Positions 36,559 through 45,841 are shown, counted from the stretch's first letter. The stretch is DNA of 51,478 bases from Deltaproteobacteria bacterium (GCA_031257955.1 JAIRNQ010000352.1:1-51478); one strand, 5' to 3'. A program made the numbers and translations. Notes: generated from the sequence alone by a model not told the origin.

Positions 36559-37581
36559 ATGTCGGATAAACAACCCACAATATCGTCCAGGGCCAGGGAC
36601 ATCTCCCCCAGCCTGACCGACGTTTACTTGGCCCGCCGTCGCATAGCCCAGACCGTGAACCGCACGCCGTTGGTTCGCTCGGAACGCCTTAGCCGTTTGG
36701 CCGGCGCCGAGGTTTATTTGAAACTTGAGACGGTCCAGCCGACTGGAACGTTTAAGGTCAGGGGGGCGGCCAACAAACTTTTGTCTTTAACCGAGGCCGA
36801 GAAAAATCGGGGGGTCATTGCCTTTTCCACCGGCAACCACGGTCGGGCCGTGGCCAACGTGGCGAGAGATCTGGGAATTAATGCCGTGGTCTGCCTATCC
36901 GAGCGAGTTCCGGCCTTTAGGGTTCAGGCTTTAAGGGATCTGGGCGCCGAAGCCGTAATTTACGGGCGTAGCCAGGATGAGGCTTACGCCAAAGCCTTGG
37001 AGATAAGGGATAGCCGTAACTTGACCATGGTGGCCCCCTTTGACGATCCCCAGGTGATTTGCGGCCAAGGAACATTGGCTTTGGAAGTGTTTGAGGATTT
37101 GCCCACAACGGCCACGGTTCTGATCCCTCTTTCCGGGGGCGGGCTCTTTTCCGGGGTGGCCCTGGCCGCCAAGGCCATCAACCCGAAGGTATCGGCCATC
37201 GGGGTTTCCATGGAAGTAGCCCCGGCCATGGTCCGCTCCCTTGAGGCTGGCCGGCCTGTTGAGATTGAGGAAGTCGATAGCTTGGCCGACGCCCTTTTGG
37301 GCGGCATAGGCTTAGACAACCGCTATACCTTCGAGCTGACCAAACGACATATCGATAAGGCCGTTTTGGTTTCCGAAGATCAAATCGGTCGGGCCATGGC
37401 CTCAGCCTTTCGTTTCGAGCGACTCTGCCTAGAAGGTTCCGGGGCGGTGGGCTTGGCCGCCTTGGAAAGCGGCCTTCTGGGGCCCTCTGGTTCGATTCCG
37501 GGCCCTATCGTTATCGTCGTCAGCGGCGGGAACGTCGACCCCGACCTGCTCGTAGAGCAAATCAAAAACTATGGCCCTTAA
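36559..37581 (+). CDS. PLP-dependent threonine/serine dehydratase family protein (EutB-like)
   Basis: 340 aa. PLP-lysine motif PTGTFKVRGAANKL and Gly-rich loop PLSGGGLFSG. Confidence 0.85.
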   Translation: MSDKQPTISSRARDISPSLTDVYLARRRIAQTVNRTPLVRSERLSRLAGAEVYLKLETVQPTGTFKVRGAANKLLSLTEAEKNRGVIAFSTGNHGRAVANVARDLGINAVVCLSERVPAFRVQALRDLGAEAVIYGRSQDEAYAKALEIRDSRNLTMVAPFDDPQVICGQGTLALEVFEDLPTTATVLIPLSGGGLFSGVALAAKAINPKVSAIGVSMEVAPAMVRSLEAGRPVEIEEVDSLADALLGGIGLDNRYTFELTKRHIDKAVLVSEDQIGRAMASAFRFERLCLEGSGAVGLAALESGLLGPSGSIPGPIVIVVSGGNVDPDLLVEQIKNYGP

Positions 37582-37692
37582 GCCATAGGTCTACCTCTAG
37601 CCGTAAGACAAAAAATTCAACTTGCCCCCCGGGTTGCCCCGGAAAGGCGACGTGGGGGGCCATTAGGGAGATAGTCAAGGAGGTCATGGCGC

Positions 37693-38871
37693 GTGAACGA
37701 CAATCCAGTTTTTTCCTTGGAAGAGTATTTGGGGCGATTGGCCAAGACCAGGGAATCGATGTACCGGCGGGGAATTGAGGTTCTGCTGGTGACGGACCCC
37801 TCAAACATGAATTACCTTACGGGTTACGATGGCTGGTCATTTTATGTCCACCAGGGTCTTTTGGTCTTGATGGACCGCGAGGAACCGGTTTGGTTTGGAC
37901 GCATGCAGGATTCCAACGGGGCCAAGTTAACCACTTGGCTGTCGGACGAAAGCGTGAGAGGCTATGAGGACCATTACGTTCAGTCGAATCTGAGACACCC
38001 GATGGAGTTCGTCGTTAAACTACTGAAGGAATATGGGGCGGACAAGAGACGCCTGGGCGTTGAGAGCGATAATTATTACTTTACGGGAAAGTGCCTCCAG
38101 ACCCTTACGGCCAATCTCCCGGGCGTCGAAATCCTAGACGCCAACCTCGTGGTCAACTGGGAGCGGCTAATTAAGTCGCCGGCGGAAATCGCTTATATGC
38201 GGCAAGCAGCTCGCATTGTCGAAAAGGCCATGGCCACGGCCATGGAGACCATAGACGTGGGGGTGAGGGAAGGGGTGGCCGCCGGCGAGGTGCTAAAAAC
38301 CCAGCTCTCCGGGACCGACGAATTTACCGGCGACTACGCCGCTATCATGCCCATCATGCCCTCGGGCCGAAGGACTTCCACCGCCCATCTCTCTTGGGTT
38401 GATCGCCGTTACGAAAAGGGCGATCTGGTGTTGTTGGAGCTGGCCGGAAACGTCCGCCGTTACCACGCGCCACTGTCGCGCACCCTATTCATAGGGACTC
38501 CGCCCTCGGAACTGTTGGACGTGGCCAAAGGGGTAATCGATGGCCTAAACCGGGTGCTGGATTTTATAAAACCCGGGGTGACCGGGGAAGAGGTCGAGGC
38601 CCAGTGGCGCCGTTCCATCGCCGGGACCAAAGTGGTTAAGGAATCTCGAATCGGTTATGCCTTTGGTTTGAGCTATCCCCCGGATTGGGGCGAGAGAACC
38701 CTTAGCCTAAGGCCCGGGGACAAAAACGTTCTGGTGCCCGGGGTCAGCGTTCACGTCATGCCCGGCGTCTGGCTTGACGAATTCGGTTTCGAATGTAGCG
38801 AGCCCATAGTAGTGACCGAGCGGGGTTGCGAGTGTTTGGTGAATTATCCCAGGAAACTGGCCATAAAATAA
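37693..38871 (+). CDS. M24-fold creatinase / ectoine-hydrolase-like protein, copy 2
   Basis: GTG start at 37693, 9 nt after AGGAGG. 392 aa, alignable over its full length with 33441..34607 (LLVTDPSNMNYLTGYDGWSFYV...). Confidence 0.75.
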   Translation: MNDNPVFSLEEYLGRLAKTRESMYRRGIEVLLVTDPSNMNYLTGYDGWSFYVHQGLLVLMDREEPVWFGRMQDSNGAKLTTWLSDESVRGYEDHYVQSNLRHPMEFVVKLLKEYGADKRRLGVESDNYYFTGKCLQTLTANLPGVEILDANLVVNWERLIKSPAEIAYMRQAARIVEKAMATAMETIDVGVREGVAAGEVLKTQLSGTDEFTGDYAAIMPIMPSGRRTSTAHLSWVDRRYEKGDLVLLELAGNVRRYHAPLSRTLFIGTPPSELLDVAKGVIDGLNRVLDFIKPGVTGEEVEAQWRRSIAGTKVVKESRIGYAFGLSYPPDWGERTLSLRPGDKNVLVPGVSVHVMPGVWLDEFGFECSEPIVVTERGCECLVNYPRKLAIK

Positions 38872-38896
38872 AAGCCGCGACTGGCGCGGCTTTTTT
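38871..38896 (+). terminator. terminator-like hairpin between the M24 copy-2 gene and ridA
   Basis: GCCGCG-ACTGG-CGCGGC followed by TTTTTT, directly after the TAA stop and 10 nt before the ridA RBS. Confidence 0.45.
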
Positions 38897-38906
38897 GGGA
38901 GGAAAG

Positions 38907-39290
38907 ATGCCTAAGATTGAAACTATATACACGCCCTTGGCCCCGCCGCCGGGCCCCTACGCCCAGGCCATCAAGTATGGGGGTTTGGTGTTCGCCTCTG
39001 GCCAGACCCCTGAGGATCCGGCCACGGGAGAACCAGTGAGGGGAACCGTCGCCGAGCAGACTAGGCTTGTCTTACACAACCTCAAAGCGATTTTGGAAGC
39101 CGCCGATTCCGGGTTGGATAAGGTTCTTAAAGTTACCATCTTTCTGAGTGACATTAAACATAAGCCGGAAATGAACGCCGTTTATAAGGAGTTCTTCCCA
39201 ACCAACCCTCCGGCTCGCATCGCCTTGGCTGCCGCCGGCCTCGACGATGGCCTGGACGTGGAGATCGAACTTATTGCCGCAGCCGACTGA
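38907..39290 (+). CDS. ridA: RidA/YjgF-family reactive enamine/imine deaminase
   Basis: 128 aa from ATG 38907 after GGGAGG. PYAQAIKYGGLVFASGQ and ...ARIALAAAGL..G..VEIELIA are typical of the family. Confidence 0.85.
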   Translation: MPKIETIYTPLAPPPGPYAQAIKYGGLVFASGQTPEDPATGEPVRGTVAEQTRLVLHNLKAILEAADSGLDKVLKVTIFLSDIKHKPEMNAVYKEFFPTNPPARIALAAAGLDDGLDVEIELIAAAD

Positions 39291-39321
39291 AAGGTCGGTT
39301 TTTTTATGACGGCCGTGGCCA

Positions 39322-40059
39322 TCAATAGAAACCGGTAAAGTCTTTGCGAAAGGCCGCGGATTGGAAGTTGTCGATCATGGTCACGAAATCAAAAACCGGT
39401 AGCCCCACTGCCCGCTGGACAGCGGTGGCGTAAGGCGGGAGCATGGAACACTCCAAGAGAACGGCTTTTATTGCTGGATCACCGGCAACCGTCCGCTGGG
39501 TAAGGTCGGTTAGGTAACGCCTTATGGGATCCGGCTTAAGGCGAAGAGTGTTGTCCAAGGCCGGTCCCTTGAAATCGGGACACCCTTCCAGCCCCCTAAC
39601 CACGGCGACCTCCGGGTTTTTCATCCCAGCCAGCGTCAGCAGCTCACGGTCGAACTTTTGGCCGTTCGCCGTAATTACCGCGATCTTGTCACCCTCGGCC
39701 AGAACGGTCTCGATTAACGGTAACTGCAGAAGGCTCGAAAGGCCCACGGTAACGTTTACCGAAGAGGCCACGGCCTTCTGAAATTTAAGCATGAAACCGC
39801 AATCGCTGGTGATGAACCTGACCCCGTGGGCGGCCAATTCCTTGGCTGTCTTTACAACCGCCTCGGTGTTGGTCGGGTCGAAGTGGTTGATCAATCTCTC
39901 AACTGTCACCCCCGTCACCGTCCGGTAGAGAACGGGATATTTATAAGTGCTGGCGTTACCAACGTCCCCGGGGATGAAGGGTGTCGGCGAATCGATAAGG
40001 ATAATGCCAACGGCGTGGCCGTAGCTGTCTGCGCCCGGCCGAGCGACGAATTCTTCCAT
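39322..40059 (-). CDS. Asp/Glu/hydantoin-racemase-family protein (EutA-like)
   Basis: 245 aa with two Cys-containing motifs in pseudo-symmetric halves (ITSDCGFM and VLLECSMLPPYA), as in two-base racemases. Confidence 0.6.
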   Translation of the reverse strand: MEEFVARPGADSYGHAVGIILIDSPTPFIPGDVGNASTYKYPVLYRTVTGVTVERLINHFDPTNTEAVVKTAKELAAHGVRFITSDCGFMLKFQKAVASSVNVTVGLSSLLQLPLIETVLAEGDKIAVITANGQKFDRELLTLAGMKNPEVAVVRGLEGCPDFKGPALDNTLRLKPDPIRRYLTDLTQRTVAGDPAIKAVLLECSMLPPYATAVQRAVGLPVFDFVTMIDNFQSAAFRKDFTGFY

Positions 40060-40084
40060 GGCCTCACGCTATCCTCGGGCCAAA

Positions 40085-40136
40085 GGCGGCCGTTGGGCCG
40101 CCCAGCCCTGATGGTCCGGGCCGGAAGCCGGCCCGG
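40085..40136 (-). other. two GC-rich hairpins between dctP and the racemase-like gene
   Basis: GGCGGCC-GTTG-GGCCGCC (40085..40102) and CCGGGCCGG-AAG-CCGGCCCGG (40116..40136). Possible mRNA-stabilising or attenuating structures; only a short T-run follows. Confidence 0.4.
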
Positions 40137-40149
40137 ATAGATGGTTTGG

Positions 40150-41163
40150 TTACTTGCCTTCCAGGGTTTTGATTTCTTTTTTCAGCTCGGTCAAAAGCTT
40201 CTCGCCTTCGGGTCCAGCCATTTCTATAAACAGCTTCTCGGACGGGGTGGCCAGGGCCACAAACTTGTCCCGCTCCTCGTCGGTCAGATCGTAGAAGATC
40301 ATGTTTGGGCGCTCTTTGAGCATCTTGGCCTTATCGGCTTCATTGATTTTGTCGCCCTCTTCGATGATGTAGGCAATGGCTTCCGTGGCCGAAAGGCGCA
40401 CGGCTTCTTGCTCGGCCGGGGTTAGGGAGTTGAACCATTCGAGGTTGGCCACGAAGGCCGAGGCGAAGGGGATCTCGAAGGCGTTGGTCATGTAATCTTG
40501 CTGCTCGTAGAAGCTCATTTCTTCATGAGCGAAGTAAGGCTGGATGTTGGCGTCGATTTGTTTCAGCTGAAGAGCGCTGTAGATCTCGGCGTAAGGGACA
40601 TGCTGGGGATTGGCCCCGTAGCTTTTGTAAACTTCGGCCAATAAAGGGTCAGCCATGACCCGAATGCGTAAGTTTTTAAAGTCTTCCGGAGTCTTAAGGG
40701 GTTTGTTGGAAGACCAGATCTGCCAGCCTTCGGGGAAGACCGACAGGAGCTTCATGCCTTTCTCGTCGATGGCCTTACCCAGAATCTCGTATAGGGCCGG
40801 GCTCGATTCCATGATTTTGGAGTTCACGGCGTTATCCCTGGACCAAACGAAGGGCACGGCGAAAATCCTGATCATCGGAATGAAGACGCCAATGTTTGAG
40901 CAGGTGATGTCAAAATTAATGACCCCGTTCATGACCTGCTCGGCTTGATCTTGGGCGTCTCCCAGAACCCCAACCGGATATATCTCAACGTTCCAGTCAG
41001 GGAGCCGCTTTTCAACCCTTTCCTTGAAGTTTTTGGCGTAAAGGTCTTCCATTCCGCCGGTGATTTCTTCATGGGCCAATTTGATGTCAACCGCCAAGGC
41101 CGGTCCGGCGAACAGGGCCAAACCCACTAGACAGAACATCAAACAATAAACGATCTTTCGCAT
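40150..41163 (-). CDS. dctP: TRAP transporter substrate-binding protein (DctP family)
   Basis: 337 aa. Signal peptide MRKIVYCLMFCLVGLALFAGPALA. DctP-like ...IYPVGVLGDAQDQAEQVMNGVINF... Confidence 0.85.
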   Translation of the reverse strand: MRKIVYCLMFCLVGLALFAGPALAVDIKLAHEEITGGMEDLYAKNFKERVEKRLPDWNVEIYPVGVLGDAQDQAEQVMNGVINFDITCSNIGVFIPMIRIFAVPFVWSRDNAVNSKIMESSPALYEILGKAIDEKGMKLLSVFPEGWQIWSSNKPLKTPEDFKNLRIRVMADPLLAEVYKSYGANPQHVPYAEIYSALQLKQIDANIQPYFAHEEMSFYEQQDYMTNAFEIPFASAFVANLEWFNSLTPAEQEAVRLSATEAIAYIIEEGDKINEADKAKMLKERPNMIFYDLTDEERDKFVALATPSEKLFIEMAGPEGEKLLTELKKEIKTLEGK

Positions 41164-41353
41164 AAAAACCTCCGATTTTGGTTACGCGCTTGGAAAACAG
41201 TTTCCATTTTATAAGCGAAATACTATCTCCTTTGATTCTGCGCCATGTGGCCAAGTTCTCGCCATTGTCCATAGGCTAATCGATTCGTTCGCAAAATATC
41301 GCGCCCGACCCGGAGATCGAGAGTACCGGGTCGAGGGAGAAAACGGGCAAACG

Positions 41354-41368
41354 TTCACTATATGTGAC
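41354..41368. promoter_or_regulatory. operator-like motif copy 3 (reverse complement GTCACATATAGTGAA) upstream of dctP
   Basis: TTCACTATATGTGAC on the + strand, ~190 nt upstream of the dctP start, oriented with the minus-strand gene. Confidence 0.45.
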
Positions 41369-41656
41369 GAATATTCATTATAAGAATAGAATAAACCAAA
41401 CACAAACCTCTGTCAAGGTTTTTTTGGCGAAAAGGAAATTACACAAGCGTAACCATTTTCCGATAATAATTCGCAACGTTATTGAACAAGGGAAAGTTGA
41501 TTATACTTTTAACGATTATTTTAGCCCAGAGTTTAATCCTCATTTTCAAATTCAAAGTTAGGCTAGCTTATTGGCCATCGAATAACAAAAAATTGCCGAT
41601 TCTTGTCTGGACGATTATTTCAGTTCAAAAGTAACCCAACTGTCATTATGGATATT

Positions 41657-41721
41657 ACCCGGTTAAAGTGTACCAGTCTGGACTATTCCTTATTGAGAAA
41701 TCACCCGGTTAAAGTGTACCA
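41657..41721. repeat. 19-nt direct repeat ACCCGGTTAAAGTGTACCA, two copies
   Basis: Copies at 41657..41675 and 41703..41721 (period 46), just inside a TGTCATTATGG sequence at 41641. Confidence 0.85.
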
Positions 41722-41758
41722 CCTCAGAGTTACTTCCCCGTTGTGTTTTACAGGTGTC

Positions 41759-41927
41759 ACATTACAATAGAAATGTCACACAATATTCCCTAAATAACGC
41801 AACAGATGAATATGCTTAATTACTCTTTAGTTTTTCTGTCAATAATTATTGAGTAACTAATGAAAAAGACGAGGATAATATTGCATTAGAAATGTCATCT
41901 TTCCGTTAACATTACAATAGAAATGTC
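41759..41927. repeat. 19-nt direct repeat ACATTACAATAGAAATGTC, two copies plus a half copy
   Basis: Copies at 41759..41777 and 41909..41927. Partial copy GCATTAGAAATGTCA at 41883..41897. Confidence 0.85.
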
Positions 41928-42254
41928 CTACACTACCTCCTGGTCCAAACCATCATTGAAGATCACCCTTTCAATCAGCCAGGAGTTGAACTTTGGCACA
42001 CAAACCCAAGCCTACCTCTTTCCAGAAGAGCTTGGAGAAGAAGCGACAACTCAGCCAGCTCCAAGACAAGGAACGAATCGACACGATTGTCCAGGCGGCC
42101 AATCGAGTCATACTAAACTCTAGCCTGACTTTTTAAACCTAGAACAAAGCTGTTTAATTGCTTGCGCATGCACACATCATAAAATCTCCGAAAACCTGTA
42201 CATGCAATAATCTTGGCCATATTTATTTAGAGTATATATGTAAAACATTATTTG

Positions 42255-42276
42255 TATATGTACAAATGTACATATA
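42255..42276. repeat. perfect palindrome TATATGTACA-AA-TGTACATATA
   Basis: Read directly. Another TGTACA lies at about 42197 in the same ORF-free AT-rich tract. Confidence 0.85.
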
Positions 42277-42980
42277 ATTTTAGATTACAACTTATAGAGT
42301 TCAATAGACCTGACGCTAACCATTCAATTTATCAAAAATGGCCAATAAAAAATTACAGAGATAACTATTCGTGGATGCGTCTTAGAACAAAAAACTTACA
42401 AAATTTAAGTTTTATACAGTAAAAGAAGTTAAAATAAAGATCTAATATAAGCATAAAAAGTATAAATATAAAATTTTGAGATATATATTTCAGCAAGAGC
42501 TGACGCCTTTTGTGTTTACTGTAGTAAGAATAACTTGATATATTAATAAATCGTACTATTACGTAAATCATTACGCATTCATCGTATTCTTTGTTAGAAT
42601 ATTTTCATAATACAAGCGGTATACTTGGTGTGAGAATTTCAAGGGGAGATTGGTATACTATATCATGAGAATAATATACGAAAATAGCATACATTTTCTT
42701 GAGAAAATCTACAGGGTAAAGAGTATAGCTTGACGACGTAAAATGGGGCACAAGGGATAAGGAGCGACAATCTTGATTGGCGGCGAAAAAGGGGAGACAG
42801 GGGACATGGACGGCGGATTCGCAAAAAACCTAAGATATCGGCAATAGCGAGACTTATAAGTTTATACTCAATTACATAGAGCGCAAACTACTAGGAAAAT
42901 TGACTTATTGCGAAAGCATCATGAACGGCGAGGTATAATTAGGGCATGTGAAAAAATAATTGCGGCACTTTCATTTTCGA

Positions 42981-43547
42981 TTACAAGATACGCTTGAAGG
43001 CTTCACGTTTTAACCCCTCGCCGTAATAGCGCACGTCATCGGTAAGGAAGCTCGCGCCTGTCCATTGGTTGTTTATCAGGCGGGCGGATTTAGGTTTCAC
43101 GGGCGACCGCCCCGCAAACTATGGCGGTATCTCAATCATCGCCTTGTCTATCGTCAAGGCGACTGGGTTTGAGTCGGTGGCGTGGGCTTCCAATCCGAGC
43201 CACCGCGCTTCCAGAGGTATAGCGCCGCCCGCGAAGGGGTCAAGCAGGGCGGGCGGATTGCCTCCGGTGGATTTCATGATTTCAACTTTCGCCTAGGCAA
43301 GCACATCTCGATTGTTGGAGTTTTCCCACTTCACAAGCCGTTCGAGTAGGCCAAACAGGCGCTGACGTTCGGCGTTCTGAGCTTCTTTGATAGGGAACTG
43401 TTCCGGAAGGCTTGATGGGTCGTCCACAAGGCTTGTCCAGGTAACTTCCCGCGCCGCCGCAAACGGACGCCTTGACCACCACAAGCGCGGGGTGGACGGA
43501 TGCCCGTGGGGGATGGACTTCTTGCGGGCGGACTCGGCGATGGTCAT
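42981..43547 (-). pseudogene. N-terminal fragment of a DUF1156-type DNA methyltransferase, with two in-frame TAG stops and truncated
   Basis: Minus-strand translation: ...KKSIPHGHPSTPRLWWSRRPFAAAR...[84 protein letters not shown]...DDVRYYGEGLKREAFKRIL*. Full-length family members are several-fold longer. Confidence 0.65.
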
Positions 43548-43588
43548 TTCCAGAGGCAGCGCGACTTAGATGATTTTCTTTGTCTCCA

Positions 43589-44752
43589 TTATTGATGGTC
43601 TCGCCGTTTAATAACGACCTTGAAAGTATTGCCCTTGCGGTCGTCGATGAAGTCTATGTCCGGGTATTTAGAGAGGGCGCGAAGTATCCCGGATCCAATA
43701 CCTTGATAAGGAATCAGGTGTCCCTCAAACGCTATTGAAGCTATGACGGGGTTGCGAATGTTTGAAATACCGGACTTGATGTTTTCAACGGTTAAATTGT
43801 TTGGCAAATGGCCCGGACTGATGATTTCCACTCGATCGCGAAAGATAAAAACCAGGACAGGCGCGGAGATGAAGTAATCTCGGTGGACAAGAGCGTTGGC
43901 GATGAGTTCCTCGATAGCGGGTCTAGGAATTTCAGAAATTCCTGGGCTGTTCACATGTTGCCCACCCTGGACATGATGAAGATTTGAGAGGATAAACTTC
44001 ATGGTGGCATCAAAAATATATTCCAATTTCCCGGCGATAACGCTGTTGTCGAGATATTCATCATCAGCGACCGAAATCCCGTTGAATGCCGCCGCTTTTA
44101 CGACAAAAGCGGGCAGTTTGTATTGCGGGGCTTGGGCGAAAAGGACTGCGCCACCGACATTCAATACACCGTCTTTTTGCAAATTCAGATTTTCAAGAAT
44201 GCGTGTCAGCGGAATTTCTTGCTCCTCAAGCGATTTGTTAAACCGCTTGCGAAAAAAAACCTTAAAATAGTCGTAGTCAATATCTGCGACGGATAGCCCG
44301 TGAACAGGTATTTCATCGGCATGGAGAAGATTCGCTTTTTGAAAGATTCTCTGGATTTCCTTGCGAGAAGTCGCTTTGCGCTTATCGTAGCCGTTCTTCA
44401 CCCAGAAAGCCCCATTTTTATCCTGATACGGTTTGGCGACACCTCCCGCAATCTCCACAACCATTACCAGACCACGTCCCGTTTCCACATTGGAAGTCGT
44501 CGGGTTGATGGCAGGTTCGACGCATTGGCTGGCTGTATTGGAGACAAGTTGATTCAGTCGGCGAATGTCAGCGCTGGTCAGGCCGGCGACACTTCCGTCG
44601 TCATCGACCCCAATAAAAATACGTCCGCCAGCGCCATTGCTGAAAGCGACAAATTCCGCGGCTAGTGAGTCCGGATTAGTGATATTTTTCTTAAATTGGT
44701 GCGCGCTGTCTTCACCGCGTGCCAAGATAGAGAAAAGCTCTAAGGCTTCCAT
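43589..44752 (-). CDS. AlbA_2 (Schlafen-type divergent AAA) domain protein with a C-terminal HATPase_c_4-like region; putative DNA-binding ATPase/regulator
   Basis: Intact 387-aa ORF. N-terminus GEDSAHQFKKNITNPDSLAAEFVAFSNGAGGRIFIGVDDDGSVAGL and C-terminal ...ELIANALVHRDY... are typical of this family. Confidence 0.7.
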   Translation of the reverse strand: MEALELFSILARGEDSAHQFKKNITNPDSLAAEFVAFSNGAGGRIFIGVDDDGSVAGLTSADIRRLNQLVSNTASQCVEPAINPTTSNVETGRGLVMVVEIAGGVAKPYQDKNGAFWVKNGYDKRKATSRKEIQRIFQKANLLHADEIPVHGLSVADIDYDYFKVFFRKRFNKSLEEQEIPLTRILENLNLQKDGVLNVGGAVLFAQAPQYKLPAFVVKAAAFNGISVADDEYLDNSVIAGKLEYIFDATMKFILSNLHHVQGGQHVNSPGISEIPRPAIEELIANALVHRDYFISAPVLVFIFRDRVEIISPGHLPNNLTVENIKSGISNIRNPVIASIAFEGHLIPYQGIGSGILRALSKYPDIDFIDDRKGNTFKVVIKRRDHQ

Positions 44753-45829
44753 ATCTGGTAAATTTCCTTTCGCTTTTCAAATGCCTCTTTTCCACCTTCC
44801 ATAATGTTCACAATCCGCTCTTGTTGGGCCGGGCCATCGAGACCACCGCATAGGCCAGCCCGCGTAAGTAAGAGTTTGGAGCCGTTCACCCGTTCCACAA
44901 TGTTGTAGTTGACACTGGTTGTGGCAAAGTCCGGCCGCTCGTGGAAGGGTTTCTTCAAGTATACGGTATTTGTTGCTTCGCCATCCATTTCCACAATCGC
45001 CAAGGTGTCTGGCTTATTGAAAGCCGTGAGAATTTCATTCTTGCTGATAGTAACTGTGTCCTCACCCTGCGCTCGACCTTTGACCTCGGTAAAGCGCAAC
45101 GGTTCACAATCTACGCTGCGCGGATTAGCGGGAATGAACGATACCACGTCGTAACCGACCTTTGCCGTACTCACGTTGGTGGAAATAAAGCCGAGCGATG
45201 TTTCAATGTCCATTAAGGCTTCTATGGTGGAAAGTTCGATGGTACGCCGTGCCTTTTCGTCAGCAGCAAATGTTTCGGGCTTACTCATCAGCCTATTAAA
45301 CAAGCCTACCGGTATGAGTATTGTGCCGCCCACAATCTCATCGGCGGCGTTGCGGAGATGAGCTTCTCCGTCTCTAGTTTTGCCAGCCGCTTTTGCATAC
45401 GGGACTCGAGTCCCTCGGCACGGCGAGCCGTCAATTGGGAATTCGCTTGGAGTTCGACTTGCCAGCTGCCTCTTTCATCTTCAGGGCGGCAGCGCGGAAA
45501 GCCCAATACTGTATCTCGGCAGTCAGGCGTATTTTGACCTCCTTGGCGGTTTTATCTATCAGCTTCATTTTATGTTCTTTGACTTCCTTCACATAGGCGG
45601 CAATAACTTTAGAGATGGCATATCCTACCGCAATTTCCTCCACGTCCTGTTGGATCCACGATTGGCTATTGCGGTATAAAATCTGCTTGGCGACAATGCC
45701 GATAGCGTTCTTGACCGTGACCGTCATAGCGTTTATTCCATGCCATTTGACGGCGACTATGCTCACAGCGGTGCCGCCTGTGATGCCGCCGACGCTTGTC
45801 CCTACAGTTATATCTTCCAATCGAGCCAA
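44740..45829 (-). pseudogene. remnant of a DUF3883-containing helicase: motor domains deleted, two frameshifts
   Basis: Three consecutive ORFs in different frames (45431..45829, 45306..45506, 44740..45333). An N-terminal ~55 aa (MARLEDITVG...VAVKWHGINAMTV...ILYRNSQ) joins directly to C-terminal coiled-coil and DUF3883-like parts (GYDVVSF...LRFTEVKGRAQGEDTVTISKNEILTA). No Walker A or DEAD/H motif is present. Confidence 0.55.
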
Positions 45830-45841
45830 ATACTCGCCCCT

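Noticed and set aside
37485-37505. GGTTCGATTCC, a tRNA T-loop-like string.
   Set aside because: It lies inside the well-supported dehydratase CDS, and no acceptor or anticodon arms can be built around it.
41288-41306. Sigma54-like element upstream of dctP (minus strand GGGCGCGATATTTTGCG).
   Set aside because: The GG-to-GC spacing is one nucleotide too long and the -24 box is poor.
42365-42571. 68-aa ORF in the AT-rich tract.
   Set aside because: It has an Ile/Phe/Tyr/Lys/Asn-dominated composition, as expected from random AT-rich sequence, and no RBS.
43069-43296. Pyrrolysine read-through of the two TAG codons in the DUF1156 fragment.
   Set aside because: The gene is also truncated to a fraction of family length and its neighbours are decayed. 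No pyl genes are in the window. Plain pseudogenisation is more parsimonious.
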